From: an uncultured Bacteroidales bacterium | GTDB lineage: Bacteria > Bacteroidota > Bacteroidia > Bacteroidales > UBA7960 | Assembly (NCBI GenBank): GCA_964349365.1 | Contig: CAYGFY010000013.1 | Span: 3,729 to 67,728, forward strand | Reading direction: 5' to 3' | DNA length: 64,000 bases | Shown: in pieces, positions 1 to 9,578 of the stretch | How the letters are laid out: each line of letters begins with the position of its first letter | Numbering within the stretch: the stretch's first letter is position 1 | Made by a program: the position numbers and the translations under genes | Notes under the pieces: model-generated | The model's database searches: none | What the model was told of the DNA's origin: nothing | Seen by the model: only the letters and a program-made list of their open reading frames with translations

Positions 1-298
1 AGCCCGACCCCATTTCTTTTTCGACCCTGCGCATGTTTTCCTCAACCTCGGCCTTGATATTGTCAATTACAAATTGACGGCCCTTGGCGTTGTATAGCGT
101 GCAAACCTCTGTTGTAATGGTAAAACCGGGAGGTACGGGTGTACCAATATTAACCATCTCGGCCAAATTGGCTCCCTTGCCACCAAGCAAATTACGCATG
201 GTAGAATCGCCATCGGCTTTCTTTCCACCAAAAAAATATACCTTCTTGTTTTTCATGATGGCATCAATCATTTCAGCCACGTTTGTTTTTTTCTCCAT
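1..298 (-). CDS. ppdK: pyruvate, phosphate dikinase, N-terminal fragment (gene continues beyond the left edge)
   Basis: Own translation of the reverse complement from the ATG at 298-296 gives [66 protein letters not shown]... The strings [10 protein letters not shown] and [11 protein letters not shown] are hallmark N-terminal ATP-grasp motifs of PPDK/PEP-utilising enzymes. It is absent from the ORF track because it is truncated. The 84..341 + ORF is its antisense shadow. Confidence 0.85.
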   Translation of the reverse strand, partial: MEKKTNVAEMIDAIMKNKKVYFFGGKKADGDSTMRNLLGGKGANLAEMVNIGTPVPPGFTITTEVCTLYNAKGRQFVIDNIKAEVEENMRRVEKEMGSG

Positions 299-566
299 TG
301 TTAAATTAAAATTTGATTTATATCCTTACATTATAACTTAGAATGCTGATTTTGTTGCTTGTAAAACCAAAAGGGTTTTTTTTTGCGGCACAAAAATACA
401 AAATTATCGGATGCCAAGTTACGTAAAACTTACATTTATGTCAAACTGTTTGGATGCTGGTTCCAGCCCATTTTATTTTCAGGTATTTAGAAAATCCATT
501 CTAGACTTTTTTTGTTTTTTTAACGTATTGATTCTTTTCAAATCAAGCGAGACTAAAACAAAGTTG

Positions 567-574
567 TAATTTTG
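567..574 (+). promoter_or_regulatory. Bacteroidota-type -7 promoter box TAATTTTG upstream of the S41 peptidase gene
   Basis: Exact match to the TAnnTTTG consensus, 12 nt upstream of the ATG at 586. Confidence 0.4.
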
Positions 575-585
575 GAGTTGATTAA

Positions 586-2217
586 ATGAAAAAAATTCAA
601 AAAATTCTGGAAATGTACTTTAAGCCATCAATGCATAGAATTTCATTATTCTTTCTTTTTTTCTTTGCCACCCTGGGTTCTGTTTTTGGACAATTTGACA
701 GAAGGCAGCAAGAAAAACTTACTCGTGCCCTTCAAATAATCAATGCAGCTTACATTGAGGAGCTTAACAGCGAAAAGGTTGTGGAGGATGCCTTAAGAGG
801 TATTTTGAGAGAACTTGACCCCCACAGCTCTTATTTGTCTGGCGAAGATTTAAGGCGAGCCAACGAACCTCTCGAAGGAAGTTTTGATGGAATTGGTGTT
901 CAGTTTCAAATAGTCAACGACACGATTCTTGTTAACGGCCTGGTGGTTGGTGGTCCTTCAGAGAAGGTAGGAGTGCTGGCTGGAGATAAGATTGTGAGAA
1001 TAAACGCCGAAGTTTCGGTTGGAAGTCAAATAAACAACCAGTTTGTGCTTGATCGGCTCAGGGGCAGCAGGGGAAGTACGGTAACGATAGGCGTTATTAG
1101 GCGCAACGTAAGAGATATTATTTATTTTACAATTACTCGTGATCGCATACCCATTTACTCTATCGATGCCTCCTTCATGGTTTCACCAGGTATAGGCTAC
1201 ATTAAATTGAGCAGGTTTTCGCGAACCACGATGGAGGAGTTTTTCAAGGCGGTGGAGGAGCTTAAAGACCAAGGAATGGAAAGTATGATTCTGGACTTGA
1301 ACAACAATTCGGGTGGCTTTCTTAATGTTGCCATGGATCTTGGTGATCAATTTCTTGGTCAAGGCCAATTGATAGTTTATACCGAGGGTCGTTCGGTGCC
1401 TTCTCAGAGAAGGTCTAGTTCGGGCTTGGGTGTTTTTCAAAAGGGTAAATTAGTGGTTCTGGTTAACGAAGGAAGTGCGTCTGCAAGCGAAATTTTGGCA
1501 GGTGCAATTCAAGACTGGGACAGGGGTTTGATTGTTGGCCGACGAACCTTTGGCAAGGGTTTGGTTCAGCAACAGTTTAACTTGCCCGATGGGTCGCAAC
1601 TTAGGCTCACCACCTCGCAATATCACACCCCAACCGGTCGCACAATTCAAAGACCTTATCAAGAAGGGAATGAAAAGTACCGTGAAGATTTGCGCAATCG
1701 TTTTGAACGAGGCGAACTTGTTAGCCGAGACAGCATTTACCTGCCCGACTCACTTCGATTTTACACTAAAATAAACAATAGGCTGGTATTTGGTGGTGGC
1801 GGTATTATTCCCGATTTCTTCGTTCCGTTGGACACGGCAAGGATTTCTGACTTTCATGCCCGAATAAGCAGGACTGGAACCTTGAATACTTTCTCAATCG
1901 AGAAAACCAACGAAATGAGAGAAGAATTGAAGAAAAGGTTTCCTGACGTGGATAAATTTAATGTTGGTTTTGAGGTTAGCGAGAAAATGATAAATCAACT
2001 TGTTGACTACGCAAAACAAAGAGAAATTTACAATGATGATTGGAAAGCTGGGCTTGACATGGAATTTCTCAAATTGCAGCTAAAGGGCTTAATTGCCCGA
2101 AATTTATTTGATTTTGGTGCCTTCGTAAAGGTAATGGTACCCACTGACAATGCCTTGCAAAAAGCCATTGAGTTGATCAAGGATAGCACCTTTGAAAAGA
2201 TGAACATTTTATATTAG
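586..2217 (+). CDS. S41 family C-terminal processing (tail-specific) peptidase with PDZ domain
   Basis: 543-aa ORF with an N-terminal hydrophobic anchor/signal (ISLFFLFFFATLGSVFG). It has a PDZ-like segment LVVGGPSEKVGVLAGDKIVRIN. S41 catalytic-region strings VNEGSASASEILAGAIQD and GRRTFGKGLVQ are present. Confidence 0.9.
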   Translation: MKKIQKILEMYFKPSMHRISLFFLFFFATLGSVFGQFDRRQQEKLTRALQIINAAYIEELNSEKVVEDALRGILRELDPHSSYLSGEDLRRANEPLEGSFDGIGVQFQIVNDTILVNGLVVGGPSEKVGVLAGDKIVRINAEVSVGSQINNQFVLDRLRGSRGSTVTIGVIRRNVRDIIYFTITRDRIPIYSIDASFMVSPGIGYIKLSRFSRTTMEEFFKAVEELKDQGMESMILDLNNNSGGFLNVAMDLGDQFLGQGQLIVYTEGRSVPSQRRSSSGLGVFQKGKLVVLVNEGSASASEILAGAIQDWDRGLIVGRRTFGKGLVQQQFNLPDGSQLRLTTSQYHTPTGRTIQRPYQEGNEKYREDLRNRFERGELVSRDSIYLPDSLRFYTKINNRLVFGGGGIIPDFFVPLDTARISDFHARISRTGTLNTFSIEKTNEMREELKKRFPDVDKFNVGFEVSEKMINQLVDYAKQREIYNDDWKAGLDMEFLKLQLKGLIARNLFDFGAFVKVMVPTDNALQKAIELIKDSTFEKMNILY

Positions 2218-2365
2218 TCGAAAGAAAATTGTAAAAGGTTGAAAGGTGTGTTAGAGAATTTTAATTACTAATTTGCGAATTGTTAATGCCATAAGTGCAT
2301 TTTGACCAACGATTACCGGTCGCTGGATGCTCACTACTGCCTGCTAAATTCTAATTTTTTGAAGT

Positions 2366-2992
2366 ATGAAAACATTTATCGCCATTTTTTTGAGCTTTTT
2401 GCTTTATTCTGCTTCGGCGCAGGATATCAACCTTCCTTTGCCAAAAACCGAGGGTGGTATTCCATTGATGCAAGCCTTGAAGGAGCGTAAAACCAGCAGG
2501 GAATTTTCCGAAAAGGAATTGGATTTGCAAACCCTTTCAAGCCTTCTTTGGGCAAGTTATGGCTACAACAGGCCGGAGGAAAAAAAACGCACGGCTCCAA
2601 CCTCGCGTAACATGCAAGAAATCGATGTTTACGTGGCACTCAAGTCTGGATTGTATCTTTACGATGCCGGGCAAAATCAACTCAAACTGGTGCTGGGTGA
2701 GGATATTCGGGCAAAAACCGGAACTCAACAATTTGTTGGCACTGCTCCAGTTAACCTGATTTTCGTTGCGAACCAAAATAGAGTTAGAGAACCCCATGCC
2801 GAAAGGCAATTGAGGGCATCGCACACCAATGTTGGCTACATTTCGCAAAACGTTTACCTTTTTAGTGCTTCCGAAAATCTTGCAACGGTGGCAAGAGCAG
2901 CGTTCAATGCCGAAACCTTGAAGAAAACCATGGGGCTTGGAGACGAAATTGTTATTGTACTTTGCCAATCCGTAGGGCATCATCCTGATTAG
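2366..2992 (+). CDS. secreted nitroreductase-family (SagB/ThcOx-like) oxidoreductase
   Basis: 208-aa ORF with a signal peptide (MKTFIAIFLSFLLYSASAQ). It carries a nitroreductase-like core: RKTSREFSEKELDLQTLSSLLWASYGYNR and TNVGYISQNVYLF. Confidence 0.65.
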   Translation: MKTFIAIFLSFLLYSASAQDINLPLPKTEGGIPLMQALKERKTSREFSEKELDLQTLSSLLWASYGYNRPEEKKRTAPTSRNMQEIDVYVALKSGLYLYDAGQNQLKLVLGEDIRAKTGTQQFVGTAPVNLIFVANQNRVREPHAERQLRASHTNVGYISQNVYLFSASENLATVARAAFNAETLKKTMGLGDEIVIVLCQSVGHHPD

Positions 2993-3044
2993 GAATTTTG
3001 GTGAAACCTACATTTGGCAAGGCCGGAGGATTCGCGATTCCAGC

Positions 3045-3692
3045 TTAATGGCATGCCAGAATATCCTCTAACTCCTTGAAGTTGGAAATTACCGTGGTAC
3101 CGGTTGCCCTGAGCCTTTCTTCTGATTGGTGGCCCCTTGAAACTAACACCACGTCAACTCCTATTTCAGTGGCCACTTCAGCATCATGAATTGTGTCGCC
3201 AATCAAAATGGCTTCCGACGGATTTATTCCGTTTATCGATATTAATTTCTTTGCGTTTTCAGTCTTTGAACGTGCAAAATTATCGCTTATGCCACATACA
3301 CTCTTAAAAAATTGCGCGATTCCCCTTTTTTGGACCGATGCAACCAGCAAGTTTTGCTCCATTGCCGACAGTATGAATTGACTTAAACCGAGATTTTTAT
3401 TTCGTGTCAATGCATTAAAAGCATCGTCGAAAAGGTTTGCAGCACTTAGCATTTGCTTGTAATGAACAATAAACTCTTCTGCCGGTGTTTCAAATGGTTC
3501 CTTCGAATAATCAAAGCCGGCCAGTTGGTAATAATCTTCAACGGGGAATGTAAAAATTTGCTTGTAACGTTGCTTGGTCAACAACGGTAGGGTTCTTTTT
3601 TTCAGAAGTATGTTGATTCCTTCGAGGCAGATGTCAACATCATCCAATAGGGTTCCGTTCCAGTCCCACAATGCTACTTTTTTCTTATTCAT
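3045..3692 (-). CDS. HAD-superfamily hydrolase (phosphatase-like)
   Basis: 215-aa ORF. HAD motif I region is VALWDWNGTLLDD and the C-terminal motif is ILIGDTIHDAEVA. Confidence 0.75.
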   Translation of the reverse strand: MNKKKVALWDWNGTLLDDVDICLEGINILLKKRTLPLLTKQRYKQIFTFPVEDYYQLAGFDYSKEPFETPAEEFIVHYKQMLSAANLFDDAFNALTRNKNLGLSQFILSAMEQNLLVASVQKRGIAQFFKSVCGISDNFARSKTENAKKLISINGINPSEAILIGDTIHDAEVATEIGVDVVLVSRGHQSEERLRATGTTVISNFKELEDILACH

Positions 3693-3703
3693 CGTAGTTT
3701 GTC

Positions 3704-3745
3704 AAAAATAAAAAAAGGCCCGTACAATATTGCAGGGCCCTTCTA
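3704..3745 (-). terminator. rho-independent terminator after the Cys-rich lipoprotein gene
   Basis: On the minus strand, GGGCCCTGCAATATTGTACGGGCC (GGCCC/GGGCC stem) is followed by TTTTTTTATTTTT. Confidence 0.6.
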
Positions 3746-3760
3746 TTTGATAAACGAATA

Positions 3761-4006
3761 CTAGATGGCAGGTTCGGCTTTAACTTCCTCTCCTTCAACT
3801 TTACTCTTGCAGCATTCATTTTTTTCACCGCAGCATTCTTTTTTTGATTCGCATCCCTCGGTCTTCCCTGAATCACAGCATTTCTTTGCGCATTCTGTTT
3901 TGCTTTTACATTTAGAGTCGCATTCTTGCGAACTGGAAGAACCGCAAGCGGCAAAGAAAATAAAGCCAACGATGGTCAAAATTGCAAAAAACTTTTTCAT
4001 TTCCAT
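3761..4006 (-). CDS. small cysteine-rich lipoprotein (metallothionein-like composition, function unknown)
   Basis: 81-aa ORF with a signal peptide and lipobox (FIFFAAC|G). The mature ~61 aa contain about 12 Cys in CC/CxxxC spacing among Lys/Glu (ECDSKCKSKTECAKKCCDSGKTEGCESKKECCGEKNECCKSK). It has its own -7 box and terminator. Confidence 0.65.
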   Translation of the reverse strand: MEMKKFFAILTIVGFIFFAACGSSSSQECDSKCKSKTECAKKCCDSGKTEGCESKKECCGEKNECCKSKVEGEEVKAEPAI

Positions 4007-4030
4007 TTTTGTTTAAGGTATAAAGTGGCG

Positions 4031-4038
4031 CAAATTTA
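4031..4038 (-). promoter_or_regulatory. -7 promoter box TAAATTTG for the Cys-rich lipoprotein gene
   Basis: The reverse complement of CAAATTTA is TAAATTTG, 25 nt upstream of the ATG at 4006. Confidence 0.45.
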
Positions 4039-4120
4039 TGAAAAAAAACCAAACCAATGCAAAAAATTTGAAATTATTATAAAATATTGCCCCATTAAAG
4101 AAACTAATCATTACTGTAAA

Positions 4121-7100
4121 CTACTCCTGAATGAATGACAATTTTTTTAGCTCCTTTTCAAACTCGTGTAACTTGTATCCCGATTCGTCAGACATGGTCA
4201 GGAGCAGGTAAAATAATTCAGTGCTTTTGGTAATATGTGCCAATACATTAGCCTCGGCCTTGGTTCGGGATTTTGGTAAATTCCTCGCAAACCTAATTAG
4301 CGCAAAATCGAACATCCAGCATAAAAGCTGTTCGAAACTTTCCTTGCTGAAATAAACAACCCCCTCGTGGGTGTTGGTACCAATAAATCTAGTCACCTCG
4401 TTTATTGCCAGCATTCGGAGTAATTGAAAAAACTTTACCGACAAAAGATCCTTCTTCTTGGTATTTTCATCTAACCTGGAAATAAAGGCCTTGATTTCTA
4501 CATCCTCAAATAAAAAAACTTGTTCGTCAATTTGATAAAGAGTTTCTAGCAGCAAGATATCGTGCGAAATTTCAACTTTTCCCTTGCCGGTTTTGGCCAA
4601 TACCCTTTCGAGCGGAAACTGCAAAGGCAGGCGATAGGAAAAGAAACCCTTTTCTTGGTTTTTGGCTGGCAAACCATCCAGTGCCTTTTTGGCGTAGTAG
4701 CCAATTGCAATTATTAGATTTTCGCGCAAAGAGCCACCATTAGCCAGGAAATCTTTTGACTTGTATCGCTTGCTCCTTTTAGTAATTTTGGCTTGATCCG
4801 GGTCAAGATCCCTTACAGTGATGAAGCACTCTTTAAGCGACTTGAGGTTCAAGGTAAATTCGTTTGTGGCGTTGCTTGCATCGCTTTCTAAACCAAAATG
4901 TGCCCTAACCTCGGAAACAAAAATGTTGTAACTTGAAATTAGTTGATCTATGGCCGTACTCTTGTTGCAATTTTCAATTCCCTTTTGAATGCAATCAATT
5001 AGGGGGTTGAGGGTATTTGATTTGAAAAGTGATTCGAATGCCAAGAAGACCTTTTCGAACTTCAGTTCAAGAATTTCCCTTTCGAGGTTTATCACCCCTT
5101 GTCCCATAAGTTTTTGGTTGAGCCTGTAATAAAGACCGGTATTGTCTTTTATTTCCCTGAATTGCCAAAAAACGCGATATTCGAAACCGTTTAGCGACCA
5201 ATGCACCCCATTTTGGTACAAATCCTTGCCGCTTCTAAGGTACTCCAACCCAGAAACGTGCTCTTTAAAGGCGTAGTAATAATCGCCTTCCGAGTTCAAG
5301 GCAAGCGCCTCGGCAAGCTTTAGATTTCTGGCTATGCCATCACGGTACATTTTTGGCGCAGAAACATCAAAACGCCCCGAAACCGACTCGTATTGATTAT
5401 TGTACAAAATAATGGCTCTTTGGCCATGGCTGCTGTTGCAATACGCCATCACACTTTCATCGAGGTTGCCTCCATCGGTAATGAAGTCAAAGAAGTTGAA
5501 ATTCTCCACCTCGCTAAACAGGTACCTTTTTTCGAGCAACGGGAAAATTTCTTTCTGATGCTTCTCAACTAACCATTGCTGAGGCTCCTCGTTGTAATAA
5601 GCCCTTTGGTACTCCATGCCGTATTTCTCGGTAAAACCTTCAATTTGCCCGTGAGCAAACATTGGCAATCCCGGAAGTGTGCACATCAAAACGCAGATCC
5701 CGAAATACTTGTCACCGGTGCCAAACTGCCTTATGGCAGTTTCTTCATCGGGGTTGCTCATAAAATTGACGTACCGTTTTAGTATTTCTGGATCAAACTC
5801 AAGGGTATTGGTTATAAGGTCGCGGTATTTTTCGTTTTCCTCGTTGTTGAGCATATGCATGAAGGCCGAGTTGTAAACCCTGTGCATGCCCAAAGTACGT
5901 ACGAAATAGCCCTCCATAAACCAAAATGCCTCTGCCAGCAATAGGGTTTCCGGAAGCTCGTTGTTTATGCGGTCAACAACTTCGCGCCAAAACTCCACCG
6001 GGAAAAGTTGGTCGAATTGAGCCTGGCTCATTGCATGATCGGCCCTCGAGGGAATGTCGCCTCCGGTTCCAGGACGCGGGTACCATAACCTTGCAAAATG
6101 TTTCTTGGCAAGGGTCATTGCCGCGTCAAACCTGATTATTGAAAACCTGTGGGCAACCTCGGAAATCTTTTTGATAACCGCCTCCCTAACTTCCTGCTTG
6201 AGCATGTCAAGTTGAGCAGTATCGTTCCAGGGCATATTTGTACCATCGTTACCATGGTAAATATACCTTACATCATTATTTCTCTTATCAATTCTTTGAA
6301 AAACAACAGCGGCATCAGATTTTGAGAAGTATCCGTTTTCTATCCTTATTTCAACATCGGGATGAGTTGACAGGTTTTCGCCAGTAAAATGATATGCAGG
6401 GAATGGTGGAACCCTGGATTGAATGAAATAGTCAGGATTCTCTACAACCCATTTTGAAAAAATTCCTGTATGGTTTGGAACCATATCGCTGGCGAGCCTA
6501 ATTCCCCTTTGCCTGGCTCGGGCGTCAAGATTTCGGTAGGCCTCTTCTCCTCCAATGTCTGCCGCTACTTGGTAATCGTAGAGCGAGTATGCCGATGATA
6601 CTGCATCGACATTGCCCATTAAATGTTTTATCCTTTTCGATGCCTCGCTCCGCTCCCAAAGTCCGATAAGCCACAAACCGTTGAAATTCCAGCGAGCAAG
6701 TTGATCCAGTTCTTCATCAGGAATCTGGTCTAAACTTTTGATTGCCCTTCCATATTTTTTCGAAAGTTGGTCCAGCCAAACGTAGGTGTTTTTTGCCATT
6801 AATACAACCTTGGGCATCCAGTGTGTATCGGGTGTAAATGCTTCGTGTTCTTGGTAGTCGTGGTATGATTCCGACACAAAATCGTAGCCAGATTTTCCGA
6901 TGAATGATGCTTCGTTGGTCTGGCCAACCCTACCCTTGTAAAAAGGAACAAAGGTTGGGGATTCACCTCCGCCACCGCCACCGTGATCGCCCAGCATTGG
7001 GTAGTCTTCTTTGATCAAATCCCTTGCCCTGAGCAGTTTTATGGCCAAAGATTCGGGCAAGAAATTCTTCCATTTACTTAGTATCATTTCGAGTTGGGCT

Positions 7101-7771
7101 TGAATATCATTAGGAAACCTTTTCATGGGCATCTTGAGCAATGATATTATATCAAGGTTATCGGGTCCAAATTTTGGTTCGTTTTTAAAAAACTCCTGCA
7201 ACTCGATGAAAAACTCATCAACCAACTTTGGGTTTTCAAGGTACTTAGTGTCAAAAAGATCACGAAACTTGCTTGTGGCAGGGTTGAAATTGGCCAAAAC
7301 AACCATTAGCAACTCTTCGATGGCAATAGTTTGATGCTTGCGATTTTTTGATACACCATGAAGCCATTCTACTGATTTCTGCTCGCCAAGATAAACAGTA
7401 ATTGGTGGGAATTTCTCCACAAAATCAATCATCAAACTGTTAAATCTGTCTTCACGCAGTTTCTTTCCAAGAAATTTTCCGGCCTTTTCAAAAATACCTG
7501 GATTAATTTGAGTTTCGTATTCGCGAATCAAAAGGTGAAAAACCTCGTCAAGGAGACCGGCAGCATTAAGTTCGCCCGGATAAACATGGTTTTCGGGGTT
7601 TCTATGTTTATTAATTTTATATGAAAGTTCACGAACTGCCTGAAAATTGGCAAAAATAATTTGTCCGTCGGTCGAGAAAAAGCTCTCGTGAATATCCATC
7701 TGGCGACGCACCCGTCCTGCAATATGAAATTCAAAAACGCCATGATAACTGCTTGTTTCCCTCGTTTTCAT
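4121..7771 (-). CDS. large cytoplasmic GH13 (alpha-amylase family) glycoside hydrolase with long N- and C-terminal extensions
   Basis: 1216-aa ORF with no signal peptide. GH13 conserved regions are GIRLASDMVPNHTG (region I), IIRFDAAMTL (region II Asp), LLLAEAFW (region III Glu) and FMSNPDEE (region IV-like). Confidence 0.85.
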   Translation of the reverse strand: MKTRETSSYHGVFEFHIAGRVRRQMDIHESFFSTDGQIIFANFQAVRELSYKINKHRNPENHVYPGELNAAGLLDEVFHLLIREYETQINPGIFEKAGKFLGKKLREDRFNSLMIDFVEKFPPITVYLGEQKSVEWLHGVSKNRKHQTIAIEELLMVVLANFNPATSKFRDLFDTKYLENPKLVDEFFIELQEFFKNEPKFGPDNLDIISLLKMPMKRFPNDIQAQLEMILSKWKNFLPESLAIKLLRARDLIKEDYPMLGDHGGGGGGESPTFVPFYKGRVGQTNEASFIGKSGYDFVSESYHDYQEHEAFTPDTHWMPKVVLMAKNTYVWLDQLSKKYGRAIKSLDQIPDEELDQLARWNFNGLWLIGLWERSEASKRIKHLMGNVDAVSSAYSLYDYQVAADIGGEEAYRNLDARARQRGIRLASDMVPNHTGIFSKWVVENPDYFIQSRVPPFPAYHFTGENLSTHPDVEIRIENGYFSKSDAAVVFQRIDKRNNDVRYIYHGNDGTNMPWNDTAQLDMLKQEVREAVIKKISEVAHRFSIIRFDAAMTLAKKHFARLWYPRPGTGGDIPSRADHAMSQAQFDQLFPVEFWREVVDRINNELPETLLLAEAFWFMEGYFVRTLGMHRVYNSAFMHMLNNEENEKYRDLITNTLEFDPEILKRYVNFMSNPDEETAIRQFGTGDKYFGICVLMCTLPGLPMFAHGQIEGFTEKYGMEYQRAYYNEEPQQWLVEKHQKEIFPLLEKRYLFSEVENFNFFDFITDGGNLDESVMAYCNSSHGQRAIILYNNQYESVSGRFDVSAPKMYRDGIARNLKLAEALALNSEGDYYYAFKEHVSGLEYLRSGKDLYQNGVHWSLNGFEYRVFWQFREIKDNTGLYYRLNQKLMGQGVINLEREILELKFEKVFLAFESLFKSNTLNPLIDCIQKGIENCNKSTAIDQLISSYNIFVSEVRAHFGLESDASNATNEFTLNLKSLKECFITVRDLDPDQAKITKRSKRYKSKDFLANGGSLRENLIIAIGYYAKKALDGLPAKNQEKGFFSYRLPLQFPLERVLAKTGKGKVEISHDILLLETLYQIDEQVFLFEDVEIKAFISRLDENTKKKDLLSVKFFQLLRMLAINEVTRFIGTNTHEGVVYFSKESFEQLLCWMFDFALIRFARNLPKSRTKAEANVLAHITKSTELFYLLLTMSDESGYKLHEFEKELKKLSFIQE

Positions 7772-7916
7772 GTAAGTCCTTTTAATAAATTGAAAAATTG
7801 CAACATCACAAACAAAAATAGCCCTTAAAAGCGACTTTATTTACCATCAACAAAAATAGCAATTTATATTCAAGGAAAACCTTTGAAGAAAAATATTTGA
7901 GGAGATACCAAGTTGG

Positions 7917-9392
7917 TTAATCTCCCTCGGTTATCGGGTAGAAGTTTATGGCACCTAAATCGAAGCTATTAGTGCGATTATTACCCTCAAAGTCAACGGG
8001 TATTTGAATTGAAAATTCGGACTTTCCGGCTCCTATTGCTGGCGATCCTTTTCCGAGTCTGAAATCTTGGTTAATGGTTTTGTGAAACCTGGGGTCTGCA
8101 TTTCGTAAAACGCTGATGAAGTTTGACTCGCTTGTCGGGCTCTTTGTTCTGATGATGCAATGATCGAAAAGGAAGTTAGAAAAGGTAGTTCCCGGAAAAA
8201 GTTCAAAGCCAATTTCGTCGTCATGATTGCCGTAAATAATCGAGTTGCCAAAAATGACCTGACCTATGGTGTTTTGATAAACCAGCTCTGGTCCCCCGGC
8301 CACTTCCTGATAACTAAAGAAATTGGCAAAAAGAATTGCGGGAGTCCTTCTTGGGTTTGAATTAGGTAGCGAAAAGTAATTGGCAAAAGTGCAATGCAAA
8401 AATGCAGCGCTAGCACCCGGCCCTATATAAACCGAAAAATCTCCACAATTACCTACTATGATATTATTTGCAACCAAATTACTTTCCACCACCATAATGC
8501 CGGTGGAAGCCATATTTTTTATAAGACTGTTTCGAAGAATGAAGTTTGAGCCAGAATTTTGCCCGTTCGTTCCGATATGCAACCCAACGGTACCATTTTT
8601 GATTATCGCGTAATTTATTTCGTGTCCCGAACTTTGCGGCGAAAAGAAAATTCTTCCCCATTGTCCAGGCCTATTTTGGTACTCCCTTTCTAGCCTGTCT
8701 CCTTGAAAAACAACAGGATTATCAATGGTTCCGTTTATTTTCAGTGTCGAATTATCTAAAAAAAAGATGCTTTTTCTGTTATGAAGGTGCACCTTTGTGT
8801 TTGGCTCTATCTCGAGAGTTACTCCAGGTGCGGCCACCACACTGCTATAAACCACAATGGGCTTATCAGAGGTCCAGCTAGCATTTTGGGTCAAAAGATG
8901 AAATCTCGGCTCGTTGGCAGGGTAGTTGGCTTTAAGAAAAACGGCATCTTGCCCCCAAGCCACCAATTTCACATCTTGAACCTTATTGTTAGTAACAAAA
9001 ACCAAACTATCAAGTACAACCAGCGGCAAGTTAATACCCGAAGGATCCAGGGTAACCTCGGCAAAGACAAAAATACTGTCATTGGCTCCAATTTCAACAT
9101 CGCGGTGTTGGCCGCCCGAAACACCGTTAACGTTTATTCTAAATGGTGAACCAGCCCCCGATCCAATCCTTATCGAACTAATCTTTATCCTTTTATTATG
9201 ATTGTTGTGCACCGTGAAAGACCGAGTGGCAGAACCAACAGTGGTAAAAACGGTATCAAACAGGAGGGTGTCAACAGAAAAAGAAAGCGTAACGTCGCCG
9301 ACAAGGTCAATGCCTTCATCGCGGCAAGAAAAAAGGAAAATGGAGAAATAAAGAAGGGTCAAAAATCCACAGATGTTCCCAACGAATCTCAT
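7917..9392 (-). CDS. lipoprotein with right-handed parallel beta-helix repeats (function unknown)
   Basis: 491-aa ORF with a lipobox (FLFSCRDE). It has PbH1-like repeats such as ILRNSLIKNMASTGIMVVESNLVANNIIVGNCGDFSVYIG and IFGNSIIYGN. Confidence 0.55.
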   Translation of the reverse strand: MRFVGNICGFLTLLYFSIFLFSCRDEGIDLVGDVTLSFSVDTLLFDTVFTTVGSATRSFTVHNNHNKRIKISSIRIGSGAGSPFRINVNGVSGGQHRDVEIGANDSIFVFAEVTLDPSGINLPLVVLDSLVFVTNNKVQDVKLVAWGQDAVFLKANYPANEPRFHLLTQNASWTSDKPIVVYSSVVAAPGVTLEIEPNTKVHLHNRKSIFFLDNSTLKINGTIDNPVVFQGDRLEREYQNRPGQWGRIFFSPQSSGHEINYAIIKNGTVGLHIGTNGQNSGSNFILRNSLIKNMASTGIMVVESNLVANNIIVGNCGDFSVYIGPGASAAFLHCTFANYFSLPNSNPRRTPAILFANFFSYQEVAGGPELVYQNTIGQVIFGNSIIYGNHDDEIGFELFPGTTFSNFLFDHCIIRTKSPTSESNFISVLRNADPRFHKTINQDFRLGKGSPAIGAGKSEFSIQIPVDFEGNNRTNSFDLGAINFYPITEGD

Positions 9393-9550
9393 TTATCAAA
9401 CTTGTTTTGATATCAAACGAAATAAAAACAAAGTTATTTAACCGCCTTGTAAAAATTGTCCTGTCTTCAAGGCAAAAAGATTTTAGCTAATTTGACCTCA
9501 AATTTGGTCGAAAAATTGATTAAAACAATGCTTTAAAGGAAAAAAATAAC

Positions 9551-9558
9551 TAATTTTG
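9551..9558 (+). promoter_or_regulatory. -7 promoter box TAATTTTG upstream of the TPR gene
   Basis: Exact TAnnTTTG match, 21 nt upstream of the ATG at 9579. Confidence 0.45.
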
Positions 9559-9578
9559 CAGCCTAAAATTTTGAAACC

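Noticed and set aside
84-341. 85-aa + strand ORF at the left edge
   Set aside because: It lies antisense to a clearly recognisable ppdK N-terminus ([21 protein letters not shown]) and has no motif of its own. It is a shadow ORF.
528-546. TTGATT-N7-AATCAA inverted repeat upstream of the S41 peptidase gene as an FNR-type site
   Set aside because: The spacing does not fit the TTGAT-N4-ATCAA FNR consensus, and such AT-rich 6-mers recur by chance in this spacer. It is too weak to call.
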